Shown piece by piece: positions 1-12,532 of a DNA stretch of 64,000 nt (position 1 is its first letter; every line of letters starts with the position of its first letter). The notes beneath the pieces are model-generated. The model ran no database searches. It saw only the letters and a program-made list of their open reading frames with translations, and was not told where the DNA came from. The DNA lies in contig OZ287754.1 in the NCBI GenBank assembly GCA_965649765.1, positions 49,910,001 through 49,974,000 on the forward strand. Direction: 5' to 3'. Source of the stretch: Bispira polyomma (Eukaryota). Made by a program: the position numbers and the translations under genes.

Positions 1-517
1 TAAGCTTTTTAAAGCCATTTTCAGCATCAACATCCGACCAATTTTTAGTATATATCTGATGAAAGGAAGCGTAACATCGGCCGACGTCGGAATGTGCTGA
101 AAGAGTAGGAGAAAGGAGTAAAAGGGGTGCACAGGCAAGTGACAGTTAAATGGTGATGGGCAAGGTCAGGACAGGGAGAGGGGGTAAGAGATTGATAAGG
201 GAAGAAAGTATATTTTTCAGCAACTCCCTTTACCCTTCCACCTGTACTCTTCCTTACCAAAGCAAGTAGTCCATACATTTGAAGTTTGAGAAACTGTTTA
301 AGTAATATTCTGCAGTAGTTTACTTATGGTTTTTAATGTATGAATAATTTAGTTGTTTTGTGATTAAAAATTTTGATTCACGCATTCCTTTAGTTTCTCC
401 TGATGTGTTATCAAAAAATCAGTTGAAGTAACCAAATTAAAAAGTACAGTTATAGTCTGAAGGAATATGGTAGAAACACAATATGAACTTGTAATTGGCT
501 TCTTAAATGGTTGATTC

Positions 518-907
518 TGTTAAATATTCTAAAACAGTAATATATAATATTTGTGTAAAGTGACTCACTATATTGTTTGTTAATTTTAGTGTGAAGATAA
601 GTGTCTCAGTTACACATATTTTGTGAGCAGTTATCTTATAACTACCAGCTTGAAAGAAAAAGAATCTTGTGTATTTATGTGTGGTACCAATACGTGTACA
701 CATGTGTAGTGATGAAGTGTTTTTACGTGTACACATGTGTGCTCATGTGTATTGATGTAGTGTTTTTACGTGTACACACGTGTACTCATGTACACATTTT
801 GTTTGCATACTTGCTGGGACTTCCTGTTACTCAATATGATGTAAATAAAGCTTTAGAAGTTTAAGTGATTTTATTAAGAATTTGAACTAGGGACAGAGAA
901 AATAACA
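518..907 (+). repeat. 5' LTR (390 bp)
   Basis: Direct repeat of 6628-7020; by eye it differs by 2 substitutions plus a 7-bp and a 10-bp indel. Contains AATAAA near 844. Confidence 0.97.
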
Positions 908-925
908 TGGTGCCGGAACCTGGGA
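908..925 (+). promoter_or_regulatory. Primer-binding site, tRNA-Phe-like
   Basis: TGGTGCCGGAACCTGGGA directly after the 5' LTR. Matches the complement of the tRNA-Phe 3' end (TGGTGCCGAAACCCGGGA) with two G:U-compatible differences. Confidence 0.75.
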
Positions 926-964
926 ATTTATGGTAAAGATATAGGGCAAGAACCAGGGGATCAA

Positions 965-2002
965 ATGGACACGATGTCTCAAGAGATTGAAACATATCTC
1001 GCAAATGTGCAAGACATCAGGATAAGAGCCAAGAAGAAAATGAAAACAGAAGCATTACCAACACCAAGCGTTGGTGTCACCAGTACCCGAGTGAAACTCC
1101 CTGAACTACATCTGCCAAAGTTCAGAGGAGACATCCTAGAGTTCCCTCGTTTTTGGGACTTGTTCACAACTACTGTTGACAAAGATTCCAAACTGTCTCC
1201 AGTACACAAGTTTACATATCTGAGTGGTTATCTTGAAGGGGAGGCAGCAGATGTGATAAGAGAATTGAGGGTGACAGAAGAGAACTACAACAAGGCCAAG
1301 GAGATATTACAAGAAAGGTACCATAGACCAGATGCCTTAATCTTTTGGCACATCCAAAGCCTGCTTCACTTAAAGACAGACAACGCCAGGAATAAAGATA
1401 ACCTCACCAAGCTTAGAACAGTAATGGATCAAGTTAACATACATATACGATCCCTAGAGGCACTGGGAATAAATGGTGCTGATTACGGTGTGATTTTGGT
1501 CCCATTGATATTATCAAGACTCCCACATGAAATTGTCAGTGAGTGGTCAAGAAAATTCAGAGGTAGAGAAAGAGACCTCAAATACCTTCTTGATCTTTGC
1601 AACAAAGAGATACAGATAAAAGAGAGAGCACAGAGTGTGAGACTCATCCCTGCTGAGAAACCAACAGATAAAACAATAGTGAGTGCAGATACAGAAAAAC
1701 GTAAAATGCAGCCAAACTCCAGTCGAACAACTGCAGCTGCACTTCTGACTATTGACAACAGATGCATTTTTTGTGATAGAAGCGGTCATGATGCAACTGT
1801 ATGCCGGACAGTCAAACGACTCACATGGGATCAAATCAAGGAAGCAGTCCAAAAGGCTGGAGTATGTTACAAATGCCTCCAGAATGGACATATTGCAAGG
1901 AATTGCAAAGCAACATGCTCATCCTGTGGAAGGAGTCATCACAGTAATATTTGTCGACCCAGAAGTGAACCTGAGCCAAAAGTGCAGAGTAACATAAATT
2001 AA
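965..2002 (+). CDS. gag: BEL/Pao Gag (DUF1759-like domain, CCHC zinc knuckles)
   Basis: KLPELHLPKFRGDILEFPRFWDLF and KFTYL motifs. Three Cys/His knuckles: CIFC..H....C, CYKC....H....C, CSSC...H....C. Confidence 0.93.
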   Translation: MDTMSQEIETYLANVQDIRIRAKKKMKTEALPTPSVGVTSTRVKLPELHLPKFRGDILEFPRFWDLFTTTVDKDSKLSPVHKFTYLSGYLEGEAADVIRELRVTEENYNKAKEILQERYHRPDALIFWHIQSLLHLKTDNARNKDNLTKLRTVMDQVNIHIRSLEALGINGADYGVILVPLILSRLPHEIVSEWSRKFRGRERDLKYLLDLCNKEIQIKERAQSVRLIPAEKPTDKTIVSADTEKRKMQPNSSRTTAAALLTIDNRCIFCDRSGHDATVCRTVKRLTWDQIKEAVQKAGVCYKCLQNGHIARNCKATCSSCGRSHHSNICRPRSEPEPKVQSNIN

Positions 2003-5000
2003 GCTCAATTAAAGGAACCACAAAGTCAGAAAACTGTAGGCCAAGACACATATCAACGCCAGGCTCGAACTGATGATTCAAGTGCAGCTTTGAATGTTTC
2101 ATGCATAGCACAGTCAAGTACAGAAACCATCATGCAGATGGCCAGATTCAAAGCCAGTGGCCAGAAAATTGACAGTATTCCGCTGAATATTCTCTTTGAT
2201 TCTGGTAGCAACCGAACATATATAAAGAAAGAATTAGCTGACAAACTAGGTTGTAAGAAAATAAGAAATATCCACCATCAGGTGACTATGTTCGGTGGAC
2301 ATAAGTCAAAATCCACACTCAAAGCGGTGAGAGAAGTTCAACTGGCTGATCTATGGGGTAATCTTCATTGTATAGAGACAACAGAGGTCTGTGCCCCCCT
2401 AGTGCAACCAAAGTTAAAGACTGACAGTCTTCCAAAAGGACTAAAACTAGCAACTCTGCCATCCGGGTCAGTACAAATCGAGATGCTAATAGGACTTGAT
2501 CATTATTACAAATTTCTGGGGGATCAAGTGATTAGAATCAATGAAAACCTTGTTGCACACAACACCCCATTCGGTTACATAGTGAGTGGTGTTGCTGGTA
2601 CAACAAATACCAAGGCAGTTGTGTCTCATCAACTGTTTGTTATGTCATCCACAGAAGAGCACAAGGATTACTGGGATAATGGCTTGAACCTCCATTGCCA
2701 ATCACCACCAGTTCCAGACAGAGAGTCATCAGCTAAAATGGCCATAAAACGTTTATGGAACCTAGAGTGGCTGGGAGTTGATGATAACACAACAGAGAAA
2801 GACAGGGTACTCACAAGGTTCAAGCAAGAACTTCAGTTTGATCAAACTTCCCAAAGATATACTGTAAAACTCCCATGGAAACCCACATCAAATCAGTTAA
2901 AAAGCAATGAGAAGACAGCAAAGAAAAGATGCATCAAGCAAATAAGCAAACTCTCACCTGAGCTGTATGGTCTCTACATGGAAGTATTCCAGAATGGAAA
3001 GACAACAAGATAATCGAAGAAGTCCCTCCTGAAGAAATAAACTTGCCAGAAGGAAGTAGGCTGTTTTATCTTCCCCATAGACCAGTTATAAGAGAAGAGA
3101 GTGTTACAACAAAGATTCGTCCTGTCTTTGATGGCAGTGCAATGGATCAAAATGGCTTATCCATCAATGATGTTCTGTATACTGGACCTAAGCTCCAAAA
3201 TGATATAGTTGACATCTTGATACGATTCAGGACACACCAAGTTGCGTAAACTGCAGACTAACTGCAGACATTTCAAAGGCATTTCTGCAAATACAACTTA
3301 GTGAAGAAGACAAAGACTGTTGCAGGTTTTTCCTTCCAAACGAGGATGGCTCCTTGCGAGTTATGAGATTTCAAAGACTTCCCTTTGGACTCAATTGCTC
3401 TCCATTCATCCTGAATGGAACATTGAAAGTCCACCTCAGCAATTACGACAGTAAGACTGCAGAGGAATTGAGAAGAAACCTTTATGTTGATGACCTTTTG
3501 AGTGGTGAAGATACTGTAACTGCAGCAAATCAACTATACAGAGAAGCAAATGAGATCACGGAAGATGCGTCAATGTCACTGGCAAAATGGAGATCTAACT
3601 TGAAAGAATTTAAAGATGGTGACTTACCAGAAAGCAAAGTTCTAGGCCTATTCTGGGACAGCAATGCAGATGAGTTCCATTACAGTGGAATCGAAATCCC
3701 TGTTGATGTTGTCATCACCAAACGGCTAATTTTATCCTGCATTGCAAGAGTGTTCGACCCACTAGGATATCTCAGCCCATATATCATCAAGGCTAAGATT
3801 TTGTTTCAGCAAGCTTGGTTCCAAGGCCTGGAATGGGATCAAGAAGTCTCTCAAGACATTAATGATAACTTTAAAAAGTGGATTGAAGGCCTTCAAGAGA
3901 TTAAGAACCAATTAAAAATTAAAAGACAGTACATACAAAATACATACAGAAATGAAGAGAAGAGTTTGATTGTTTTCTGTGATACGAGTGAGTAGGCATA
4001 TGGCACAGCCATCTACCTCAAAACCAGCCAAGGCCTATCTCTGATCATCGCCAAGACAAAAGTGGCCCCTATCAAAAAGGTCACTTTACCTAGACTAGAG
4101 CTGATTGCATGTGTCATGGGGTCACAATTACTAACTAAAGTGAAGACAGCATTAAACTTAGAGAAAGCTGAGTACCAGTGCTACACCGACAGTGAAATTG
4201 CCTTGCAGTACATTAAGCAATGTCCAGACAAGTGGAAACCATTCATCACCAACACAGTGATGACTATTCAAGAAACAACCGAGCCATCCTTTTGGCACCA
4301 CATACCAGGAGAAAAGAACCCTGCAGATGCCCTAACAAGGGGAGTACCTGCTACCAAGTTTATTCGGAGTAGGATATCTTGGGTTAGTCCCGCTATGGGT
4401 TTGCTTCCACATGAAAAATGTATCAGTTCAGACCTGGGCTCAGGTTCTAACAGCCTAGACTGGCTCATCTCAGATTTGATTCAACAAGAAACCATCAAAT
4501 CCCAAGAGGATATAGATACAACTGTAATGATGACACTGCCCGAAAAGTTAACAGAGCCTTTGATTCCAAGTGAAAGATGGTCCAAGCTCACTAAAGCTGT
4601 ACGAGTTGTAGCTTTTGTTCAGCGCTTCATTACAAACTGTAGATCAAAAACAGAGAAGACGGTGGAAGCCATATCTTATGAGGAGACTGTGAACTCAAGA
4701 GAAACTTTGATCAAATGCACTCAACATCAACACTTTCAACCAGAGATCAAGTCTTTAAAGAAGGAAAATGCAATTCCAAAGGGTTCAAAACTGTACCCTC
4801 TTACTCCATTCATGGACAGCAAAGGCATCATGAGAATCAAAGGAAAGTTAGAAAACTCGAATCTCTCTTATGAGTCTGTCCACCCTATTATCATACCAGA
4901 AGATTGGTTCTCCAGACTGATAGTCAGAGATTACCACAAAGTTATGAAGCATGCGGGCGTTTCAACCTTAATAAATGCTGTCTGTCAGAAATACTAGATC

Positions 5001-6131
5001 ATAGGCCTCAGAAGGTTAGCCAAGACGGAAACAAAATCTTGTTTCCAGTGTCAGAGAATTCAAGCACTCGCTTGCAATCAACAGTCACCAAGTCTTCCCA
5101 AGGATACAGTTACCAAGCAATATCCATTCGCTGTTACTGGTGTCGACTATGCAGGCCCATTATATGTTACAAACACAGAAGAGAAACAGTACATCTGTTT
5201 ATACACTTGTATGACCATCAGAGCTGTACATCTTGAAGTAACTTCAAGCCTAAATGTTCAAGACTTCCTGAAATCCTTTCGTCGCTTCGCAGCAAGAAGA
5301 GGACTACCACAAACAATTTACTCTGATAATGCAGCCACGTTTATCAATGCAAGAGACAAATTCAAGGTTATCTACGATGACTTAGCACCCCAGTGGAAAT
5401 TTATCACACCCAGATCACCCTGGCAGGGAGGGTGTTGGGAGAGGATGGTCCGTACAGTCAAGTCCCATTTGAAGAAAGTGTTGGGAAGCCAGAGCATTAC
5501 TAGGAATGAACTACAAACCCTGCTACCTGAGATTGAGTATGTTGTGAATACCCGACCCTTGACTACTATTACTGATGCACCAGAAGATCTTCGACCATTG
5601 ACACCTGCTGATTTTTTATTGAACAGAGAAGACCTGGATTTCTCCATATCCCAATCAATACAGAAATCCTTAGTCAAAGGAACTCAACAATTACAGAAGT
5701 TTTGGAGGTTATGGAGCACTTCTTACTTAAAGGGATTACCAAACATGGTTACAACATTTAAAGACAAGGGTAATCTGCAGTTGGAATCTGTGGTTCTCAT
5801 AGAAGAAGATAATTTACCCAGACTCCAGTGGCCATTAGCAAGAATCACTGAACTAATATCATCATCAGATGGACGTGTCAGAACTGTGAAGCTCCAGACA
5901 TTGAAGGGCATTCGTGTTCGCCCTGTACAAAGACTCCACTTACTTGAAGGAACTAAACCAGATGAACATCCTGAGTGTAATCAACAGATGACTCCTATCA
6001 TAACCAAACAAAGAAAACCCAAGACTGTAAAGTTGGTAAAACGTGTGAACTCTCCTACAGAACCCATAAAGGATACCAATGTAACTACACGTTCCGGTCG
6101 TATGATACGAAACCCAGTCAGATACAGTTAA
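2003..6131 (+). pseudogene. pol: BEL/Pao pol (aspartic protease, RT, RNase H, integrase) with stops and frameshifts
   Basis: Motifs: LFDSGS (PR); YLPHRPV, LPFGLNCSPF, YVDD (RT); FCDTSE*AYG, LPRLEL, NPAD (RNase H); GVDYAGP, SDNA, GGCWER (IN). Lesions: frameshift ~2992, ~11-bp duplication ~3247-3268, TAG 3993-3995, TAG 4995-4997. Confidence 0.95.
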
Positions 6132-6619
6132 CAGACGATACCACAGTGGATTAACTGCTCTCTACTCGTGTGGATCAGGGCCAGAATAAAGCCCATTTTT
6201 TGAAAGGGTGAGGGATAGTCTACCCCTATGACCCCTTCATAGTGTATATAAGAGTGTTCTCAATTTTAGTGTTCCCAAGAGCAAGAAAACTTTATATTTG
6301 ACCTACCTTTGTATAAAGAGTTACATTTAGTGTTCCTACAGATATGTAGCATGAATTGTGTTTATCAGTATAGTAATAGTTGTATATGGATTCTCAGAAA
6401 GTAAAACTTGTTTACTATGCAGACGTGACGGACAATGTGACTAAGAATAATCAACAGTTTATCTTAAGAGACTATATTGGTAATATATAAAGTAAAATAT
6501 GGTTTACAGCTGAAGCTGATTTCGTTTCACTTGCACCAAGTAACCCTGAAATTTACAGATAATAGGTATTTTAGTTAGAGAAAATGTTGGAGCCTCTTCT
6601 CCGATCCCCTTCTCCAACT

Positions 6620-6627
6620 GGGGGGAA
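6620..6627 (+). promoter_or_regulatory. Polypurine tract
   Basis: GGGGGGAA immediately before the 3' LTR TGT. Confidence 0.8.
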
Positions 6628-7020
6628 TGTTAAATATTCTAAAACAGTAATATATAATATTTGTGACTCACTATATTGTTTGTTAATTTTAGTGTGAAGA
6701 TAAGTGTCTCAGTTACACATATTTTGTGAGCAGTTATCTTATAACTACCAGCTTGAAAGAAAAAGAATCTTGTGTATTTATGTGTGGTACCAATACGTGT
6801 ACACATGTGTACTCATGTGTAGTGATGAAGTGTTTTTACGTGTACACATGTGTGCTCATGTGTATTGATGTAGCGTTTTTACGTGTACACACGTGTACTC
6901 ATGTACACATTTTGTTTGCATGCTTGCTGGGACTTCCTGTTACTCAATATGATGTAAATAAAGCTTTAGAAGTTTAAGTGATTTTATTAAGAATTTGAAC
7001 TAGGGACAGAGAAAATAACA
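6628..7020 (+). repeat. 3' LTR (393 bp)
   Basis: Direct repeat of 518-907, followed by TSD GATTC. Confidence 0.97.
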
Positions 7021-7284
7021 GATTCATTGTGATGTATGTCCATGTTAAAAATGACACCCGTAACTCTCATTAAAATACATGTATTAGGTTGCCTTAGTAT
7101 AAATTTACATTATTTATACCGTAGCCACCATAACTTAATTACTACAAAATAGTACATGAACAGTTTGTTTAGTTTTAATGTTTTTGTTACATCGGCATGG
7201 AAGGTTAAATGAAGTTTGAGGAAACCAATATATTTCGTGGGCTTCCTCCCCTTTTTCTTTCACTCTTTAGGTGAACTTTAGAGA

Positions 7285-7637
7285 ACTTTATTAACTCTCT
7301 GAAACTGACGTGAATGAATTGCCTTTTTAAAAGTGAAACACCAGCCTGGTTAACAATATATATTTTTTAAATCCACATGCTACTAATTGGTATATTGATG
7401 CTCATATATGATATATTCCTCAATATTAGTATATGTTATATTCCCATACATCAATGACGTCACTTTATTAACTCTCTGAAACTGACTTGAATGAATTGCC
7501 TTTTTAAAAGTGAAACACCAGCCTGGTTAACAATATATTTTTTTAAATCCACATGCTACTAAATGGTATATTGATGCTCATATATGATATATTCCTCAAT
7601 ATTAGTATATCTTATATTCCCATACATCAATGACGTC
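7285..7637. repeat. Recent tandem duplication, 2 x ~177 bp
   Basis: 7285-7461 and 7462-7637 are near identical (ACTTTATTAACTCTCTGAAACTGAC...CAATGACGTC). Confidence 0.9.
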
Positions 7638-8660
7638 ATCGGCGTTCAAACCGCGTCACAAGCGCATTCAGCTTTTTCTACACTAAAAGCGTTGGCATGA
7701 AATTTGGGTTAACCAATCAAACCCAAAAAATTGCAATGTCTACGTGCATGGGTACTTTGGTCAACACTAAAAACGGCACTCTCAAAATACCAGATGAAAA
7801 ACTTTCTAAAATTGTTAAAATCTGTAAATTAGGGCAGAACAAAAGTACCACATCAAAGCGTGCTTTGCAGTCTCTGTTGGGAAAATTCACATTCATCGTT
7901 ATATTATACCAGCAATGCTGTTTGTCAACCGGATGTTAGCAGTATTGCGAAATGCATATTCTACTAAATTTCACTAAATTCAACTAAATTTCACTAGATG
8001 ACCAATTCAGATAAGACTTGGCTTAATCAATTTATTATGTATTTATTTTGAACAGTGTTATTATGCTACACCAGCAATTCGTGCTCCAGATTATGTAGTA
8101 AATATAGAGGTGTCTTTAACAGGTATCGGTGCCATATGCAATAACAAAGTGTATGCGGTAACTTATCCTGAAGAATACTCTGCTCCCTATAAAACAGTGC
8201 ATTATGAGTTGATAAATGTATACGTTATGTTGCATGTCTGGAGAAAACATTTCTCAAAGAACTAGTATATAGGAATACATTGTGGTATCAGGTGACGTCT
8301 TACTGTGTTTAGAGGTCTCTGGGACTCAGGTGGTCTACGACTCTACAGCTTGGAGTTACTTACTATGGTGAGTAAACCTTACCTCACTCCACTAATTCCA
8401 ATTTCTTTTCTTTACAGGACAAGACAGCACCACCATTAATACCTTTGTTTATTGTAGAGAAAAGGCGTTCCAGTTTCCCTGTAGCGTTTCCCCACCTCCT
8501 TGATGACTGTATTCAGCACACAGTTTCACTGGGTAAGTAATTGTATTGCAATAAAATTAAAAATTTTATTCATAAATTGTATTTTTATAAAATACATACT
8601 TACCCAGTGAAACGGTTAGAGTCTCACCCAACCTGCCTCACGGTAATCGCCACTGGGTAG
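7580..8660 (+). mobile_element. Degraded DIRS/tyrosine-recombinase retrotransposon remnant (RT C-terminus, RNase H, terminal structure)
   Basis: Degenerate peptides PYINDVIG (YIDD-like), GTLKIPDEKL, SKRALQSLLGK, PAMLFVNRML, EVSLTGIGA, VHYELINVYVMLHVW. 17-bp inverted repeat at 8523-8539 / 8597-8613. Confidence 0.7.
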
Positions 8661-9358
8661 TGTTTAATTTCAATTAATTCCACAAAATGGCTCTAGTAAA
8701 TCAGAATGGTCAGTGCGCATTGACTAAAATTTTTAATTTTGTATTGTATTGAAGTTGGAAACAGTGTTTGGTGAAAAATCGATTATATAAAATTAAGACT
8801 GATCGACCACGATCATGCGGTATCACCAAGGATTAATCGAGCACATGTCTAATCGTCCACCCATTACCAGGATGGATTAGATATATCTACTAATAGTTCC
8901 AAGAGATACATTGTCTAATCTGTTAGCTAGAGAGTAAAATCAGTTTGCAAAGTTGTTGCATCCGTTCAGTTAATCGAATGTTTGCATTTTCATGTAAAAA
9001 ACATGATCTGGTTTAGAGTTACAACATCCTGTGTAACTGAAAAGGCCTTTCCTTTAGGATAGAATGAAAGGCTTTATTTGAATGCAACTTACAGAAACCT
9101 CTATTATCCAAACATGTTTGGAAAGTTGACATTATCTTTAAATAAAAAGAAAGTTTACAACATAAAAGAGGCATTTTTATACCAAAAAAATTAAGAAATT
9201 TTTTTTTGTGGGGTGTGGATAAAATTGAGTGGAGATGTAACCTAATATTTAGATAAAAGAGGTTCTATTGTATTGTCAAAAATACATTGAAAGGTTCAGC
9301 AACAAGTATAGTCAGAGTATACAGTATGGCATTAAATTCTTGTATTTTTATATTGCAG

Positions 9359-9459
9359 GCGATGTATCGTGTGAACCAGAATCAGAGGATATGGATCCCA
9401 CAGGCTCATCAAAGGATGAGGTTCAACCAGGATCATTCAAGGATATGGAGATCCAGCAG
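9359..9459 (+). pseudogene. 5' half of a putative host exon interrupted by a LINE
   Basis: Acceptor TTTTTATATTGCAG. Open frame (G)DVSCEPESEDMDPTGSSKDEVQPGSFKDMEIQQ ends in the TSD and continues in frame at 15095. Confidence 0.5.
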
Positions 9460-12400
9460 ATATGAATACCTTGCAAGAGTACCAACAGGCAAAACAATTG
9501 TTTAAATGTTCGTTTAGTAGTAAAGAAAATCTGTATAAAAGGCAATTATGTGATAACCTGTTAGCAGGAAGAAAGGATAAAAAAGCTTCCTGGAGTTTCA
9601 TAAAAACAGTTTGTAGTAATAAAACTAATGTCAATAAAAGTAATACAGGTGGTAATAAATGGTATGAACATTTTGAAGGTTTATTAAATTCAGAGTCCAA
9701 TACTGATGAGGAATTCCTAAACATGGTGCAGTCTGATCTGTCAAATCACTGTACAAACTGCGATAAGTGTGAAGGAAATAACCCTGTTGACTTAAATGAA
9801 AAGTTTACAATTAACGAAGTACAGTCATTTATATGTAAATTACCAAATGGTAAAGCTGCAGGAGTAGATGGTATATGTAATGAAATGATAAAAAGTAGTG
9901 TATCTTTTCTAGTCCCAATGTTAGTTGATATATTCAACTGTATCCTTGACTCAGGTAATTTCCCTGAAAAATGGTGTTAAGCAATTGTACCATTGTTTAA
10001 AAAGGGTGATATAAATGATCCGAACAACTACAGAGGTGTATCTCTTATTTCAGAGTAAAATATTCACTGGGTTATTAAATGAAAGATTAAAACATTGGGT
10101 GGAAGAAAATAATAAATTGTTTGAGGAACAAATAGGGTTTAGACAACACAAAAGAACAGTGGACCATATATTTGTTCTGCAACTGTCATTAATAAATATC
10201 TATGTAAAACAGGTGGTAGATTTTATTGTATCTCTCATAGATTTTTCCAAAGCATTTGACAGAGTACCTCATCAAATATTGTTTTATAAGCTGATAAAAA
10301 CGGTATTCATGGTATATTTTTGTCAGTGATAAAATCAATGTATAACAAATTATCTGCATGTGTTAATACACCTAAAGGACTAACTAAATTTTTTAACTAT
10401 TTCATAGGTACACGTCAGGGATGTATTTTAAGCCCTTATTGTTTGTTATTTATCTCAATATTTATATTGAAGTGAATTATCAACAGAACAGTAAAGGCAT
10501 ATTCATTGATGAATTTTTTTCAAATTTATTTATGTTGGTGTATGCTAATGATATAGCTCAGTTTTCAGACTTGGTGTGGAGATTACAACATCAGATATAA
10601 TCATCTTAGAAAGGTTTTGTTCTATATTCGGTATGAAAATTAATGTCGACAAAACACAGATTGTAGTATTCAGAAATGGTGGTATACTTAGAAATTATGA
10701 AAAGTGGTATTTCACTCAAAACAGATAGAAGTTGTCCCATATTATAAATATCTGGACCTCTTTTTCTCATCCAGGTTAAACTGGTCATATGGAACAAAAT
10801 GTCTAAGTAACCAATCTCAAACAGCTGTAATAATGATACATAAACTGATCAGTAAATCATAGTCTGTTATATTTGACATATTTGACTCTACTGTTGTCCC
10901 AATTGTAACCTATGCATCGGAGGTGTGGGGATATAAGATGTATAAACATATTGAAAATTTTCAAGTAAAATTCTGTCGTTACTTACTTGGAGTTGGTTCT
11001 CACACACCCAGTGTTGCGGTGTTGGAAGAGTGTGGACGATTCCCACTCTTCATAACATATTATGTAAAATGTGTAAAATATTGGTTAAATTTACTTACAA
11101 TAGATGACAATTCTTTACCAAAAAGTGCTTATAATATGAGTTATAATCTGTGTGAAGTTGGTAGAAACTTAAAAAAGATTTATTATTTCGATATGGCTTT
11201 GGTATTGTGTTTATAAACGAAGGTGTTGGTGATGCCAAACAATTTATATCTGTTTTAAGCAAGACTAAAAGATAACTACATGCAAGAATGGCATGGCAGT
11301 ATTGGCAATTGTAACAAACTATATCATTATTGTAAATTTAAAAGATCGTTTCAAATTGAAAAATACCTATCGGTTGTTAATATAAGAAAGTATAGAGTTG
11401 CCCTAACAAAATTTCGCTGTTCTAATCATAGGCTAAATATTGAAATAGGAAGACATAAAAATGTTCCTCGGAGTCTGAGATTATGTGTATTTTGTGAACA
11501 ACAAAATTTGAAGTATGTAGAGGATGAATTTCATATGATTAGTATTTGCCCTTTGTATAAATCACTAAGAGATAAATATATCCCTTATGCCTCAAATTGT
11601 AAGTATTTAAATTTTATAAATATAATGTCATCTCAGAACCCACCTAGAATTTCTAACTTATCATGTTTTTAAATTAGGTAGGTATCCCTACCTAATACAA
11701 CATATGATATACTGACTCCCCTTAGCAACGTCCTAGCAACAATTTTGGGACAACATAATCTCAGAACTTACAAGGACCTCGGCTTTCATATTTGGCATAC
11801 ATGTTATGTCCATTTCAAAGAGGCACCTTTTGTAAATTTGTCTTAATTCAACCAGAATAGAGGGAGAAACAGCCTTTTATAAGCCATTTTACACAGAAAC
11901 AGACAGGTCTGTAGGCCTTTGTTAGACTGTGACATCATTCACTTGTCTTGTAGTACTTTACATGTCAGTTAAGGGCCTTAGCATGATGCAAGATTTGGCC
12001 AATGAAAACCTTGTCTGGGCATGGCTTAATATAATTTGGGAGTACCAGTCACTATTGATTTTCTGTAACTGGTGTTTTGCCTTTACAAGCCTGGCCATGA
12101 CCTTGTTCAAATGAACAGTACAATACCTAAGTATATAGTGGTTTTTAGGAAATGTGTTATAACTTATAAGTTTTATTTCTACTAGAACATAGTGTGGTAT
12201 TATATACAAGATACTTAAATATATCGTACGTTATATAGCTCAGTATAAAGTATTTTAAAGCTCTTAAGTTACAATTTTGGAAGCTGTGAGTTAAATATCA
12301 GCTTTTAATATTTTCAATTTTAGCAAAGTGAAGGGTTACACCTTATTACATATTTGAAAGGTTTAATTTCCTCTTAGTGATGATTTTTGTGTACTTTCAC

Positions 12401-12532
12401 TAGAGGGTATTAAATAATACATGTACTGAAATAGTAGAGTACATACAACCAAACATGTTGAGAAAGTTACATTTTGCAAATATACCACACCACTCATGAC
12501 AATTTGTTTGTTCTGTTTTGTATGCTCTATGC

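Larger units (their letters stand above)
518..7020 (+). mobile_element. Full-length BEL/Pao LTR retrotransposon, coding region disabled
   Basis: Two near-identical LTRs with TGTTA...TAACA ends. 5-bp TSD GATTC at 513-517 and 7021-7025. PBS and PPT present. Domain order gag-PR-RT-RNaseH-IN with Pao-type motifs. Confidence 0.97.

Noticed and set aside
601-864. ORFs within the LTRs (also 6726-6977)
   Set aside because: Low-complexity translations of LTR repeats.
6132-6619. Possible env or accessory ORF after the integrase
   Set aside because: No ORF of 60 aa or more; ordinary 3' untranslated region.
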